Notes: generated from the letters alone by a model not told the origin. A stretch of 40,908 bases of DNA from Candidatus Limnocylindrales bacterium (GCA_036391495.1 DASVZT010000001.1:1-40908), one strand, 5' to 3'. Counted from the stretch's first letter, positions 1-8,349 are shown. Program-made: numbers and translations.

Positions 1-86
1 TAGGCGATGAGCCTGTCGAGGTCGACCGGGGTGCCCGGGACGTGGGTCGCCGGATGACTGGCGTCGGCGGGCTTCTCGGTCAGCAT
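1..86 (-). CDS. possible 5' end of a CDS running off the left edge (unknown product)
   Basis: ATG (reverse complement of cat at 84-86) opens a GC3-rich frame to the window edge (MLTEKPADASHPATHVPGTPVDLDRLIA...). No family recognised. Only 28 codons are visible. Confidence 0.25.
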   Translation of the reverse strand, partial: MLTEKPADASHPATHVPGTPVDLDRLIA

Positions 87-223
87 CGTGAACCGCTCCT
101 GGATGTGACGGCGTCCGGGGCGCACCCGGCGCGCGAGGCGATGGCGTCGAGCCGAGTATACGCTCGGCCTCCGTCGGCTCAGCGCCCGCGGAGCTCCCGC
201 TCACCGGGCGGCGGAGGGCCGTC

Positions 224-1309
224 TCAGCCCGCGGTGGCTCCGAGCGTCGACACGACCATCCCGAGGTAGACGACGTAGAGAGCGCCGCCGACGAGCAGCC
301 CGCGGCCGCGCAGGCGGGCGCGGGCGACCATCGGCAGGAAGATCGCGGCACACGAGAGGAACGCGATCCCGGCCGACGCGAACGCCAGCATCGAGCCGTC
401 CGTGATCGACCAGTGCGACGGCGCGAACACGAGCGCCACGACCGTCGGGATCGCGCTCTGGAACACCATGGCGCCGGTGATGTTCCCCATCGCCAGGGTG
501 TCCTTCCGCTGGCGGATCCAGATGACGCTGTTGAACTTCTCGGGCAGCTCCGTTGCGATCGGCGCGATGACGAGCGCGAGGAGGCCACGATCGACCCCGA
601 GCGAGCCGGCGATCGACTGGATCGCGCCGACGAAGGCGTACGCCCCCAGGATGATGAGCGCGAGCGCGACGACGACCTGGAGCGTGACGATCCTCAGCCT
701 GGGCGGCGCAGGGCGAGCGGGCCCGCGGCGGTCGAGCCGGTGCAGGCGAAGCGGCTCGAGACGCGGCGCCGCCTCCACGTCCGGGGTCGGTCCCCCGTCC
801 ACCTCGTCGATCTCCTCCTCGACGGCGAAGTGTCCCCGCACGTAGATCGCGTAGATCCCGAGCAGCACGACCGCGGCAAGCCAACGCGGCACGATGAGGT
901 CCGCCGGCAGGAACGCCACGGCGATCGCGAGGGCATAGGCGACGACGAAGAAGCGCATGTCGTGCGCGAGGACGGACGTCTCGACCAGCAGGACGTCACC
1001 CGACGCCCGCGTCCGTCCCGCGTAGAGGACCGCCACTCCCGTCACGAACATCGCCAGCGTCGCCAGCATGAACGGCGCGCCGAGGATGGCGCCGATCCCA
1101 ATGTCGCTGGCCCGGGCTCCACCGCCGAGCAGGATCGCGATGAGCGGGATCATGGTCTCGGGCATCGCCGTGCCGACGGCGGCCAGCACGCTGCCGACCG
1201 CGCCTTCCGCGAGCTCCAGCTTGTGCCCGAACCACTCGATCCCGTTCGTGAACAGCTCGGCGCCCACGAGGATGACGAGGAAGGCGACGACGAGGACGAC
1301 GACCTCCAT
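224..1309 (-). CDS. sodium/calcium exchanger (CaCA family) membrane protein
   Basis: 361-aa polytopic protein with two hydrophobic halves around a charged loop. N-terminus GAELFTNGIEWFG...GSVLAAVGTAMPE and second half AMGNITGAMVFQ match the alpha-repeat pattern of YrbG-like exchangers. Its start overlaps the upstream stop (TGATG). Confidence 0.8.
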   Translation of the reverse strand: MEVVVLVVAFLVILVGAELFTNGIEWFGHKLELAEGAVGSVLAAVGTAMPETMIPLIAILLGGGARASDIGIGAILGAPFMLATLAMFVTGVAVLYAGRTRASGDVLLVETSVLAHDMRFFVVAYALAIAVAFLPADLIVPRWLAAVVLLGIYAIYVRGHFAVEEEIDEVDGGPTPDVEAAPRLEPLRLHRLDRRGPARPAPPRLRIVTLQVVVALALIILGAYAFVGAIQSIAGSLGVDRGLLALVIAPIATELPEKFNSVIWIRQRKDTLAMGNITGAMVFQSAIPTVVALVFAPSHWSITDGSMLAFASAGIAFLSCAAIFLPMVARARLRGRGLLVGGALYVVYLGMVVSTLGATAG

Positions 1310-1704
1310 CAGGCGGCCTGGCCAGTCGCGAGGACGACGCTCGCCGCGATCACCGCGAGGATGGCCAGCGAGACGAGCGCCATCCGGCGTTCGCGAGCCT
1401 CGAGGTAGCCGACGAGCGAGCTGACGACCCGCAGCGTGGGGCTGGCGATGAGGACCACGAGACCGACGGCGAGCGGGCCCTCGGGACGGAGGGCGACAAG
1501 TGCGGCGGCGGCGTCCGCGGGCGAGAGCGAGGGCGCTGGATCGAGCGGCGAGACGCCCTCGAGCACCATCAGGATCGCCCCGGCCGCGATGAGCCCGACG
1601 CCGACATACGTTGCCGTCATGAGGATCCGGCCGACGGCGCGCTCGAGGTCACGCTCCGCACCACGCCCGTGATCCCCCGCCCCGCGCGCGGCCGTGGCTC
1701 TCAT
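1309..1704 (-). CDS. DUF1634-type small membrane protein (usual partner of TSUP permeases)
   Basis: Only the 3' part of ORF 1309..2127 looks real (MRATAARG...ERAVGRILMTATYVGVGLIAAG...GLVVLIASPTLRVVSSLVGYL). The ATG at 1702-1704 overlaps the stop of the upstream permease (ATGA). Confidence 0.7.
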   Translation of the reverse strand: MRATAARGAGDHGRGAERDLERAVGRILMTATYVGVGLIAAGAILMVLEGVSPLDPAPSLSPADAAAALVALRPEGPLAVGLVVLIASPTLRVVSSLVGYLEARERRMALVSLAILAVIAASVVLATGQAA

Positions 1705-2576
1705 GCGAGCGCGCGGCCGATCATCTGCCACGCCGTGTACAGGAGGACGGCCACGAAGAGGACCCGCAGGAGCCGGGCGTCGACGCGGTGGGCGGACCGC
1801 GACCCGACCGTCGCGCCGACGAACACGCCGAGGACGGTCGGACCGGCGACATAGGCGTCGATCCCACCGCGCAGGAAATAGATGATGGCGCTGGACGTCG
1901 CGGTGATTCCGATCATGAGGTTGCTGGTCGCGGTCGCGACACGCATCGGGACGCCCATGCCGAGATGCATGACCGGCACCTTGACGATGCCGCCCCCGAT
2001 CCCGAGCAGCGCCGAGATCACGCCGGCGAAGAGGCTCCCGGCGATGCCGAGCGGCAGGTTCCGGACGCGGTAGCCGGGCCCGGACAGGCGATCGGCGACG
2101 GTGGAGACGGCCGGCCGCGAGGACCACTCGGCCGGGGGATCATCGGGTCTGAGCCTTTCAGGCGAACGGTCTCCAGGCGCCGGCATCGTCGCATTCGGAT
2201 CGGCCGCGGTGCCCGACCGGAGCGTCCGGATCATCGAGAGCGCCACGTACAGGAGCAGCGCCGCGAACAGTCCCGCCAGCACGCGATCCGGGACGGCGAA
2301 CGCGACGAGAGCCCCGGCGAGCGCACCCGTGGCGGTGAACAGCTCGAGCGACATGCCGAGGCGCAGGTTCGCCACGTGCCGCCCGAGATAGACGCCGGCG
2401 GAGGCGCCGCTCGTCGCGATGACCGAGACGAGACTCACACCGACGGCCTCGCGGAGCGGGAGGCCGAAGCCGAGCGTCACGAGCGGGACGATGAGGATGC
2501 CGCCCCCGAGCCCGAGGAGAGACCCGAAGACGCCGGCGGCGAAACCGCCGGCGATCATCGCCAGCCCGACGGTCAT
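1701..2576 (-). CDS. TauE/SafE (TSUP) family anion/sulfite exporter-like permease
   Basis: 291 aa with repeated glycine-rich TM motifs (GVFGSLLGLGGGILIVPLV ... GVISALLGIGGGIVKVPVM) typical of the TSUP family. A charged Pro-rich loop is inserted mid-protein. Confidence 0.85.
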   Translation of the reverse strand: MTVGLAMIAGGFAAGVFGSLLGLGGGILIVPLVTLGFGLPLREAVGVSLVSVIATSGASAGVYLGRHVANLRLGMSLELFTATGALAGALVAFAVPDRVLAGLFAALLLYVALSMIRTLRSGTAADPNATMPAPGDRSPERLRPDDPPAEWSSRPAVSTVADRLSGPGYRVRNLPLGIAGSLFAGVISALLGIGGGIVKVPVMHLGMGVPMRVATATSNLMIGITATSSAIIYFLRGGIDAYVAGPTVLGVFVGATVGSRSAHRVDARLLRVLFVAVLLYTAWQMIGRALA

Positions 2577-2642
2577 CGTCCCACGCCGCTCCGTGCTCGT
2601 CGCGGAGCTCGGACGCGCGGCGCCGCGCTCATGCTCCGGCCG

Positions 2643-2912
2643 TCAGGGCCGGAGGTGCTGAGGCGCGTACGGCAGGAGAGCGACGAGTCGTGCGCGCTTC
2701 AGCGCGACGGCGAGCTCACGCTGGTGCCCGGCGCAGGTGCCGGTCTTGCGGCGCGGCTCGATCTTCGCCCGCTCGGACAGGTAGCGGCGGAGCCGGTTCA
2801 CTTCCTTGTAGTCGATCTGGACGGTCTTGTCGGCGCAGAAGGCGCAGACCTTGCGGCGACGTCGGTCGCGGTAGTAGTCGTCGCGCTTCTTCGATCGTGG
2901 GGTCGGCGGCAT
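2643..2912 (-). CDS. rpsR: 30S ribosomal protein S18
   Basis: [55 protein letters not shown] is the canonical S18 core. Confidence 0.95.
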   Translation of the reverse strand: MPPTPRSKKRDDYYRDRRRRKVCAFCADKTVQIDYKEVNRLRRYLSERAKIEPRRKTGTCAGHQRELAVALKRARLVALLPYAPQHLRP

Positions 2913-2951
2913 CGGATCGTGTTCTCCGTTCGGTGGTGAGCTGTCGGTGCG

Positions 2952-3392
2952 TCAGAAGGGCAGGTCGTCGAGGTCGTTGTCGTCGAGGCGGTCGGCGGGT
3001 GTCGTCGGCGCCGCGGGGGCGACGCGCGGGCTGAAACCGCCGGGCTCGGCGCCTTCGTCGCGCGGTCGGCGATCGAGGTTCGTCACCTGCTGGGCGACGA
3101 GCTCGGTCGTGTAGCGCTTCTGGCCCTCTCGATCCTCCCACTGCCTGGTCTGGAGACGGCCCTCGATGTAGACCTTGCCGCCCTTGCGGAGGTTCTCCGC
3201 GGCCCGTTCGGCCTGCGGCCCGAACACGACGACGCGGAACCACTCCGTCTCTTCCTGCCAGGCGCCGTCCGCGTCCTTGTAGTTGCGGTTCACGGCGACC
3301 GTGAACTGCGTGACGGCCTGGCCGTTCGGCGTATAGCGCATCTCGGGATCGCGCCCGAGATTGCCGATGATCATCGCCTTGTTGAGCGACAT
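2952..3392 (-). CDS. ssb: single-stranded DNA-binding protein
   Basis: MSLNKAMIIGNLGRDPEMRYTPNGQAVTQFTVAVNR...WFRVVVFG OB-fold, with a Gly/Pro-rich linker and acidic DDLPF tail. Confidence 0.95.
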   Translation of the reverse strand: MSLNKAMIIGNLGRDPEMRYTPNGQAVTQFTVAVNRNYKDADGAWQEETEWFRVVVFGPQAERAAENLRKGGKVYIEGRLQTRQWEDREGQKRYTTELVAQQVTNLDRRPRDEGAEPGGFSPRVAPAAPTTPADRLDDNDLDDLPF

Positions 3393-3430
3393 CGGTCTCT
3401 CCCTCGTCGGCCGTCTGGGCGGGCGCGACG

Positions 3431-3847
3431 TCAGTCGATCGCGGCGGGCGCCTCGAAGCTGTCCGCCTCATCGATCCGCTCCCCGACTTCTTCCTCCTCG
3501 TCGGCCCCCGACGGGAGGGTGTCGGCCACCTCGCTGCCGTCGCGCTGGGAAGCGCGGACGGGTCGCTCGACCCGTGTCACGAGGTGGCGGAGAACCTCCT
3601 CGGTGATGAGGAGACCGTGCTCGAGCTCGGAGATCGAGTCCGCCGGGGCCTCGAAGAGGACGATGTGGTACGAGCCCTCGCGGTAGCGTTCGATCGGGTA
3701 GGCCAGCCGGCGGCGACCCCACGGGGCGACCTTGACGATCTGCCCGCCCGCGGTGGTGATGGTGCGTGTCGTCCGATCGATCAGGGCCTGGCTGCGATCG
3801 TCCGGGACGTCCGGACGAAGAACCAGCATCAGCTCATAGCGGCGCAT
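3431..3847 (-). CDS. rpsF: 30S ribosomal protein S6 (with acidic C-terminal tail)
   Basis: MRRYELMLVLRPDV...WGRRRLAYPIERYREGSYHIVLFEA matches S6. It heads the rpsF-ssb-rpsR order. Confidence 0.95.
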   Translation of the reverse strand: MRRYELMLVLRPDVPDDRSQALIDRTTRTITTAGGQIVKVAPWGRRRLAYPIERYREGSYHIVLFEAPADSISELEHGLLITEEVLRHLVTRVERPVRASQRDGSEVADTLPSGADEEEEVGERIDEADSFEAPAAID

Positions 3848-3962
3848 GCGCCTGTTGACTCCTTCCTGTGGGAGATGCCCCGCTGCGGGATCGACGAGCC
3901 GTGGCGCTGGCCGTCGGCCGATCGGGGCCGAAAGGGAACGGCGAGGAGTCTACCACGGGGGG

Positions 3963-5267
3963 ATGTATCCTCTCTGGCACCCATCTCGCTCGCGCGATCG
4001 CTCGTTCACGCACCCGCTCGATCACGCAGCGCTCGATCACGCATCCGGGGGACATGTGCCCGCAGCGAACATCCTTCTCGTCGACTCGGACGACGCCGCC
4101 GCCGCACAGCTGACGGAGACGCTCGCCGGGTCTGGCTACGACGTGACGACAGTCGCCACCGCCGACGAGGCGTTCGACCGCGCCCCGGCGTTCGACGTCC
4201 TCGTCATCGACGTCCTGCCGGGCTCGTCCGCCGCCGCGGATCTCGTCGTGCGGATCCGTGCGACGTCCGGGATCAACAACCTGCCGATCCTGTGCGTGAC
4301 CCTGTCGGACGACGTCGAGGAGCGGATCGCGTTCCTCGAGTCCGGCGCCGACGACGTCATGGGCCGACCATTCGACGCGCGCGAGCTCGAGGCTCGGCTC
4401 GAGGCGCTGCTCCTTCGGCTCCAGCGCAGCCGTTCGCGGGGTCTCGTGGGCGACCCGAGCCAGGGTGCCCCGGGACTCGACCGCGTCATCGTCGTCTTCA
4501 GCCCCAAGGGCGGCGTCGGGACGACGACGGTGGCCGTCAACCTTGCCCTCGCCGCGGCCGAACGGGCGCCGGATCGGGTCCTCCTGGTCGACCTCGACCT
4601 GCAGTGGGGCCAGGCCGCCACGCACCTCAACGCCCGGGCGACACGGACCATCATCGACGTCGTCCACGATCCCCAGGCCCTGCGGGACGGCGACCTCCTT
4701 CGCTCCTATGCCACCCGGCACGGCAGCGGCCTCCACTTGATCGCGGCACCGGCGTCCGCCGGCCTCGGGGCATCGATCGGACCCGACGCCCTCCAGGCGC
4801 TCATCCGCACCGCGCTCGACGCGTTCGACATCGTCCTCATCGACGCGGGATCGGACCTCGACGAGCGCAGCGTCGCCGTCCTCGACGTCGCCGACGCCAT
4901 CGTCCTGCCGATCGCACCCGAGATCCCCGCGCTCAAGCCGGTCGTGCAGTTGATCGAGTATCTCAACGAGGCTGGCTCCGGCGCGGACAAGACGACGGTC
5001 GTCCTCAACCATCGGGCGAGCCGGCAGATCGTCTCGACCTCCCAGATCGAGGGCCTCCTCGGGCAGAAGGTCAAGGCCGAGCTGCCGTTCGACGAGGCCG
5101 CCTTTCAGCGGGCCGCCAACGAGGGCGACCCCGTCGTCCACTCGGCTCCCCGCTCGGCGGCCGCCGCGGCGTTCGGCCGGCTCGCGACGACGATCCTCGG
5201 TCCCGGCCCGGCACCGGTCCCTGTCCCCGAGAAGAGGACCGGCGGGCTGCTCCGCCTGCGCCGCTGA
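3963..5267 (+). CDS. TadZ/CpaE-like protein: receiver-like domain fused to a ParA/MinD-type ATPase with deviant P-loop
   Basis: Receiver-like region: NILLVDSDD...FDVLVIDV...ILCVTLSDD...ADDVMGRPF. ParA/MinD fold: VIVVFSPKGGVGTTTVAVNLA...LLVDLDLQWG...VLIDAG. The start is uncertain. The ATG at 3846 overlaps the rpsF start and is rejected. ATG 3963 has GAGGAG upstream, and GTG 4056 is also possible. Confidence 0.8.
   Translation: MYPLWHPSRSRDRSFTHPLDHAALDHASGGHVPAANILLVDSDDAAAAQLTETLAGSGYDVTTVATADEAFDRAPAFDVLVIDVLPGSSAAADLVVRIRATSGINNLPILCVTLSDDVEERIAFLESGADDVMGRPFDARELEARLEALLLRLQRSRSRGLVGDPSQGAPGLDRVIVVFSPKGGVGTTTVAVNLALAAAERAPDRVLLVDLDLQWGQAATHLNARATRTIIDVVHDPQALRDGDLLRSYATRHGSGLHLIAAPASAGLGASIGPDALQALIRTALDAFDIVLIDAGSDLDERSVAVLDVADAIVLPIAPEIPALKPVVQLIEYLNEAGSGADKTTVVLNHRASRQIVSTSQIEGLLGQKVKAELPFDEAAFQRAANEGDPVVHSAPRSAAAAAFGRLATTILGPGPAPVPVPEKRTGGLLRLRR
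3999..4043. repeat. three tandem copies of cgctcg(t/a)tcacgca (period 15-16 bp)
   Basis: Read directly: copies at 3999-4012, 4015-4028 and 4030-4043. They lie either in the 5' end of the TadZ-like CDS or just upstream of its alternative GTG start at 4056. Confidence 0.8.
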
Positions 5268-5345
5268 CCGTCCGCGGACTGCCGCGGTCTGCCGCGACTC
5301 GCGGGCAGTCTCCCGGCAGGAAGGGCTTCGGACGACAGCGGGCCC

Positions 5346-6488
5346 GTGGGGAGGACCATCTGGCTACACCGATCCCGCCGACAGGGTGGTCGCGGGGCTG
5401 CACCCCGGGCCGGTAACGTCGGCCGCGCCGTGAACGCCAGCGCCTCAGTCCTCCGCGCGACGGCGCCCCGGGGAGTGAGTCTCCGCGAGCGCCTGTCGCC
5501 GCCTGGCGCCGCGCTGACCATCCTCGCGCTCGCGATCCTCGCGTTCGAGGCCGTCTTCGCGACAGGCGGGACCCCGAACGCCCTCGGCCACCTCGCATAC
5601 GCACCGATCGTCCTCGCCGCCTACGTCTTCGGCTGGCGCGGCGGCCTCGGCGCGGGCATCTTGCTTGCGGCGCTCCTCGGACCGATCGGAACGATCCTCG
5701 GGATGCCGACGGAGGGTCTCTCCGGTTGGATCGTCCGCGCCGTCTTCTTCGTCTCGATCGGTGCCGTGACAGGTGCGCTCTACGAGGGCGTCCGCGCGAC
5801 GGCAGATCGCTGGCGGGCGACGAGCGAGCGGGTGACGGCGAGCCAGGTCGAGGGCTACCTCGCTCTCGCGCGCGGAGCCGAGGCCAAGGACACCGACACG
5901 GGCGAGCACATCCGCCGCGTCCAGCTCTCCTCCGAGGCGCTGGCGGCGGCGGCCGGACTCGAAGCCACGACCGCGGCACAGATCGGCTGGGCGGCGATGC
6001 TCCACGACGTCGGCAAGCTCCACGTCCCCGACCGGATCCTGCTCAAGGGGGGCCGGCTGACGCGCGAGGAGTGGCTCATCATGCGGCGGCACGCGGTGTG
6101 GGGCGAGGAGATCCTCGGCGACGGCGAGGGCTTCGAGCTCGCCCGGCGCATCGCCCGCTCGCACCACGAGAATGTCGACGGCTCCGGGTACCCCGACGGC
6201 CTCCGGGGGGACGCGATCCCGCTCGGGGCGCGGATCGTCCGGATCACCGACGCCTTCGACGCGATGACGAACCGCCGACCCTACTCCCGGCCGCGCTCGT
6301 TCGAGGACGCGCTGGAGGAGCTCGTCAGACACCGCGGAGGCCTCTTTGACGCCGACCTCGTACCGCTCATGGTCCGGCTGCTCGACGATCCGGCGTTCGC
6401 GGGCCGGCTCCGGGAGCTGCGGCCCCGCTTCGAGCCGCTGCCCATCCCCGATCGCGGCCTCGCCATCGTCCGGGGCGGTCGCGGCTGA
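5346..6488 (+). CDS. membrane-anchored HD-GYP domain protein (putative c-di-GMP phosphodiesterase)
   Basis: C-terminal HD-GYP signature: GEHIRRV...AAMLHDVGKLHVPDRILLK...RRHAVWG...SHHENVDGSGYPDGL...RIVRITDAFDAMTNRRPY. The N-terminal third is hydrophobic, with several TM helices. The start is uncertain (GTG 5346, 5430 or 5475). Confidence 0.85.
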   Translation: MGRTIWLHRSRRQGGRGAAPRAGNVGRAVNASASVLRATAPRGVSLRERLSPPGAALTILALAILAFEAVFATGGTPNALGHLAYAPIVLAAYVFGWRGGLGAGILLAALLGPIGTILGMPTEGLSGWIVRAVFFVSIGAVTGALYEGVRATADRWRATSERVTASQVEGYLALARGAEAKDTDTGEHIRRVQLSSEALAAAAGLEATTAAQIGWAAMLHDVGKLHVPDRILLKGGRLTREEWLIMRRHAVWGEEILGDGEGFELARRIARSHHENVDGSGYPDGLRGDAIPLGARIVRITDAFDAMTNRRPYSRPRSFEDALEELVRHRGGLFDADLVPLMVRLLDDPAFAGRLRELRPRFEPLPIPDRGLAIVRGGRG

Positions 6489-6516
6489 GCGTCGATGGCG
6501 CAGGAGGCGCGGCGCT

Positions 6517-6912
6517 CTACTCGACCTCGGACACGTCCGGAACGTCGTCGAGACCGAGCACGTAGAAGAGCGCAGAGTCCAGCTGCTCCCGAAACTCATC
6601 CGGCAACCCGCCGATCAGATCCCCGAGGCGGTCGGTCGTGATGGTGAGGATCTGATCCGCCTTGATCGTGCTCCGGACCGCTTGCGGCCCGACGTGGGTG
6701 GTGAAGTAGACGTGCTGTTCGGGGCGTTGCGGTCGCCACTCACGGGTAGTCATCGCCGCAACGATCACCGTCGAGCTGACGGCGTTCAGGTCGTCGGTGG
6801 AAACGACGATCGCCGGCCTCCGGCCGGCCTGTTCACTTCCGCGCGGCTCCCCGAAGTCGACCCAGTAGATCTGACCGCGGCGCGGTCGGGACGCGCGAGC
6901 GCCCAACATCAC
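6517..6912 (-). CDS. PemK/MazF-family type II toxin (mRNA interferase)
   Basis: RRGQIYWVDFGEPRGSEQAGRRPAIVVSTDDLN...VIVAAMTT is the classic MazF/PemK N-terminal core. The start overlaps the stop of the upstream small RHH gene. Confidence 0.85.
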   Translation of the reverse strand: MMLGARASRPRRGQIYWVDFGEPRGSEQAGRRPAIVVSTDDLNAVSSTVIVAAMTTREWRPQRPEQHVYFTTHVGPQAVRSTIKADQILTITTDRLGDLIGGLPDEFREQLDSALFYVLGLDDVPDVSEVE

Positions 6913-7226
6913 TCGTCAGCGAGGAAGACACCGCCCGACGCGCGGACGGCCGCATCAGCGAACGCCTTGTTCTCCGCGGCCTCCTCGAGCGCGACCTGCT
7001 GAGCGTACCGGCGCCGCTCAGCCCGTCGGTCTCGCTCGATGGCGCGCTCGACGATCGCCGTTTGGGTGAGGTTCGCCGCGTCCGCCTGTTCGCGGACATA
7101 GGCGTCCAGGTCACGCCGCAGACGGAATGTGACTGAGACTCGGCGGCGCGCGACGAGCACCACGGGCTTCTCCCCTTGCCGCGCTCGGTGCATGCGCCGG
7201 ACTATGCCATTGGCGACGTAGCCCAC
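6909..7226 (-). CDS. ribbon-helix-helix (CopG-like) antitoxin
   Basis: Small basic protein with RRRVSVTFRLRRDLDAYVREQADAANLTQTAIVERAIE (beta strand plus two helices), immediately upstream of and overlapping the toxin. The start may instead be the ATG at 7193. Confidence 0.75.
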   Translation of the reverse strand: MGYVANGIVRRMHRARQGEKPVVLVARRRVSVTFRLRRDLDAYVREQADAANLTQTAIVERAIERDRRAERRRYAQQVALEEAAENKAFADAAVRASGGVFLADE

Positions 7227-7331
7227 ACCTCTCGCTTGCGTCGCCGACGCTAGGAATGTATTGCGCTCTTGTACAGCTCGTCAAGCAGTACGCGTGACGG
7301 TCCATGTCACCGCTCGGGAGGGAAAGGGACG

Positions 7332-7616
7332 ATGGAGGCGGGGAGTACGTTGAGCCAGTTGCTCGGGTTCGGACTCCTGCTGTGGATCGGCTTCGCCCTC
7401 GCGGTCTTCGGGTTGCCGGCGGCCTTCCTCGCCGGTCAGCGCGGCCGCTCGCCGGTCACGTGGGCGGCCATCGCCGTCTTCATCGGCCCGTTCGCCATCA
7501 TTACGGCCGGTCTCTCGACTCGCGCCCCTGACGGTCGCTTCTATGCCTGCCCGCACTGTGACGAAGCAATCTCGCTGTACGCGGCCCGCTGTCCCTTCTG
7601 TTCGTCCGAGCTCTGA
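7332..7616 (+). CDS. small membrane protein with C-terminal zinc-ribbon (CPHC...CPFC), unknown function
   Basis: ATG at 7332 follows GGGAGGGAAAGGGA. Two TM helices (LLGFGLLLWIGFALAVFGL, WAAIAVFIGPFAIITAGL) precede YACPHCDEAISLYAARCPFCSSEL. Confidence 0.55.
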   Translation: MEAGSTLSQLLGFGLLLWIGFALAVFGLPAAFLAGQRGRSPVTWAAIAVFIGPFAIITAGLSTRAPDGRFYACPHCDEAISLYAARCPFCSSEL

Positions 7617-7778
7617 GGGCACACAGAACGGCCCGGCTCTTGGCGGTGGTTGCCTGAACTACCCTCGCTCGATGCAATAGAGAGGGGCAAGGACGACGGG
7701 TCTCAGCGGCCGCCCGGAGGTGCGTCTTGAGGGAGGCGCCAGAACAAGGCCGTGGCATCGCGCTGCCAAGCTGCCAAC

Positions 7779-7864
7779 TGGTGCCGAAGCCGAGATTCGA
7801 ACTCGGACGGGGTCGCCCCCAGCGGTGTTTAAGACCGCCGCGTCTGCCGTTCCGCCACTTCGGC
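7779..7864 (-). tRNA. tRNA-Leu (anticodon TAA), CCA encoded
   Basis: Reverse complement GCCGAAGTGGCGGAACGGCAGACGCGGCGGTCTTAAACACCGCTGGGGGCGACCCCGTCCGAGTTCGAATCTCGGCTTCGGCACCA. It has a long variable arm, a GTTCGAATC T-loop and anticodon loop CTTAAAC. Confidence 0.9.
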
Positions 7865-7904
7865 CAGCGGAGAGCGTACCGCTCGATGGGCAACGCCGAG
7901 AGAG

Positions 7905-7981
7905 TGGAGGCGACGATCGGATTCGAACCGATGAATAGCGGTTTTGCAGACCGCCGCGTTAGGCCTCTTCGCCACGTCGCC
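7905..7981 (-). tRNA. tRNA-Cys (anticodon GCA), CCA encoded
   Basis: Reverse complement GGCGACGTGGCGAAGAGGCCTAACGCGGCGGTCTGCAAAACCGCTATTCATCGGTTCGAATCCGATCGTCGCCTCCA. Anticodon loop is CTGCAAA and the discriminator is U. Confidence 0.9.
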
Positions 7982-8018
7982 GCTTGACCGACCGCGTCGG
8001 CCGGTTCGATCGCCTGGT

Positions 8019-8092
8019 TGGCTGCCCCTCGAGGATTCGAACCTCGGCTAACGGATCCAAAGTCCGCTGTCCTACCACTAGACGAAGGGGCA
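8019..8092 (-). tRNA. tRNA-Gln (anticodon TTG), CCA encoded
   Basis: Reverse complement TGCCCCTTCGTCTAGTGGTAGGACAGCGGACTTTGGATCCGTTAGCCGAGGTTCGAATCCTCGAGGGGCAGCCA. It has the U1-A72 pair seen in bacterial tRNA-Gln and anticodon loop CTTTGGA. Confidence 0.9.
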
Positions 8093-8133
8093 GCGGCGAC
8101 TTCGCTCGAGTCGGGTCGTACCGGGAGAGGGAT

Positions 8134-8209
8134 TGGAGCGGAAGACGGGACTCGAACCCGCGACCCTCACCTTGGCAAGGTGATGCTCTACCAACTGAGC
8201 CACTTCCGC
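8134..8209 (-). tRNA. tRNA-Gly (anticodon GCC), CCA encoded
   Basis: Reverse complement GCGGAAGTGGCTCAGTTGGTAGAGCATCACCTTGCCAAGGTGAGGGTCGCGGGTTCGAGTCCCGTCTTCCGCTCCA. Confidence 0.92.
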
Positions 8210-8233
8210 TCGTTCGCACCGCCACCGGTTTGG

Positions 8234-8309
8234 TGGTGCCGAGAGCCAGATTCGAACTGGCGACACCGCGATTTTCAGTCGCGTGCTCTACCGACTGAGC
8301 TATCTCGGC
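8234..8309 (-). tRNA. tRNA-Phe (anticodon GAA), CCA encoded
   Basis: Reverse complement GCCGAGATAGCTCAGTCGGTAGAGCACGCGACTGAAAATCGCGGTGTCGCCAGTTCGAATCTGGCTCTCGGCACCA. Confidence 0.92.
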
Positions 8310-8349
8310 CCGGCGGCCGATCGGGCTCGACCGCCCGTCGGCGAGCGGG

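Noticed and set aside
87-223. Promoter or terminator around the hairpin gccgag-tatacg-ctcggc, with a TATACT-like box on the minus strand
   Set aside because: The stem is only 6 bp and the -10-like hexamer has no convincing -35. The downstream CDS at the left edge is itself uncertain.
2577-2642. Missing rplI after rpsF-ssb-rpsR as an anomaly
   Set aside because: rplI is often but not always linked to this cluster. Its absence from the window says nothing about the genome, and the gap is too small to hide a gene.
3846-3962. ATG at 3846 as start of the TadZ-like gene
   Set aside because: It lies inside the palindrome gcgcatgcgc and overlaps the rpsF start codon on the opposite strand. That leaves no promoter space, and the encoded N-terminus is Arg/Gly/Cys-rich junk.
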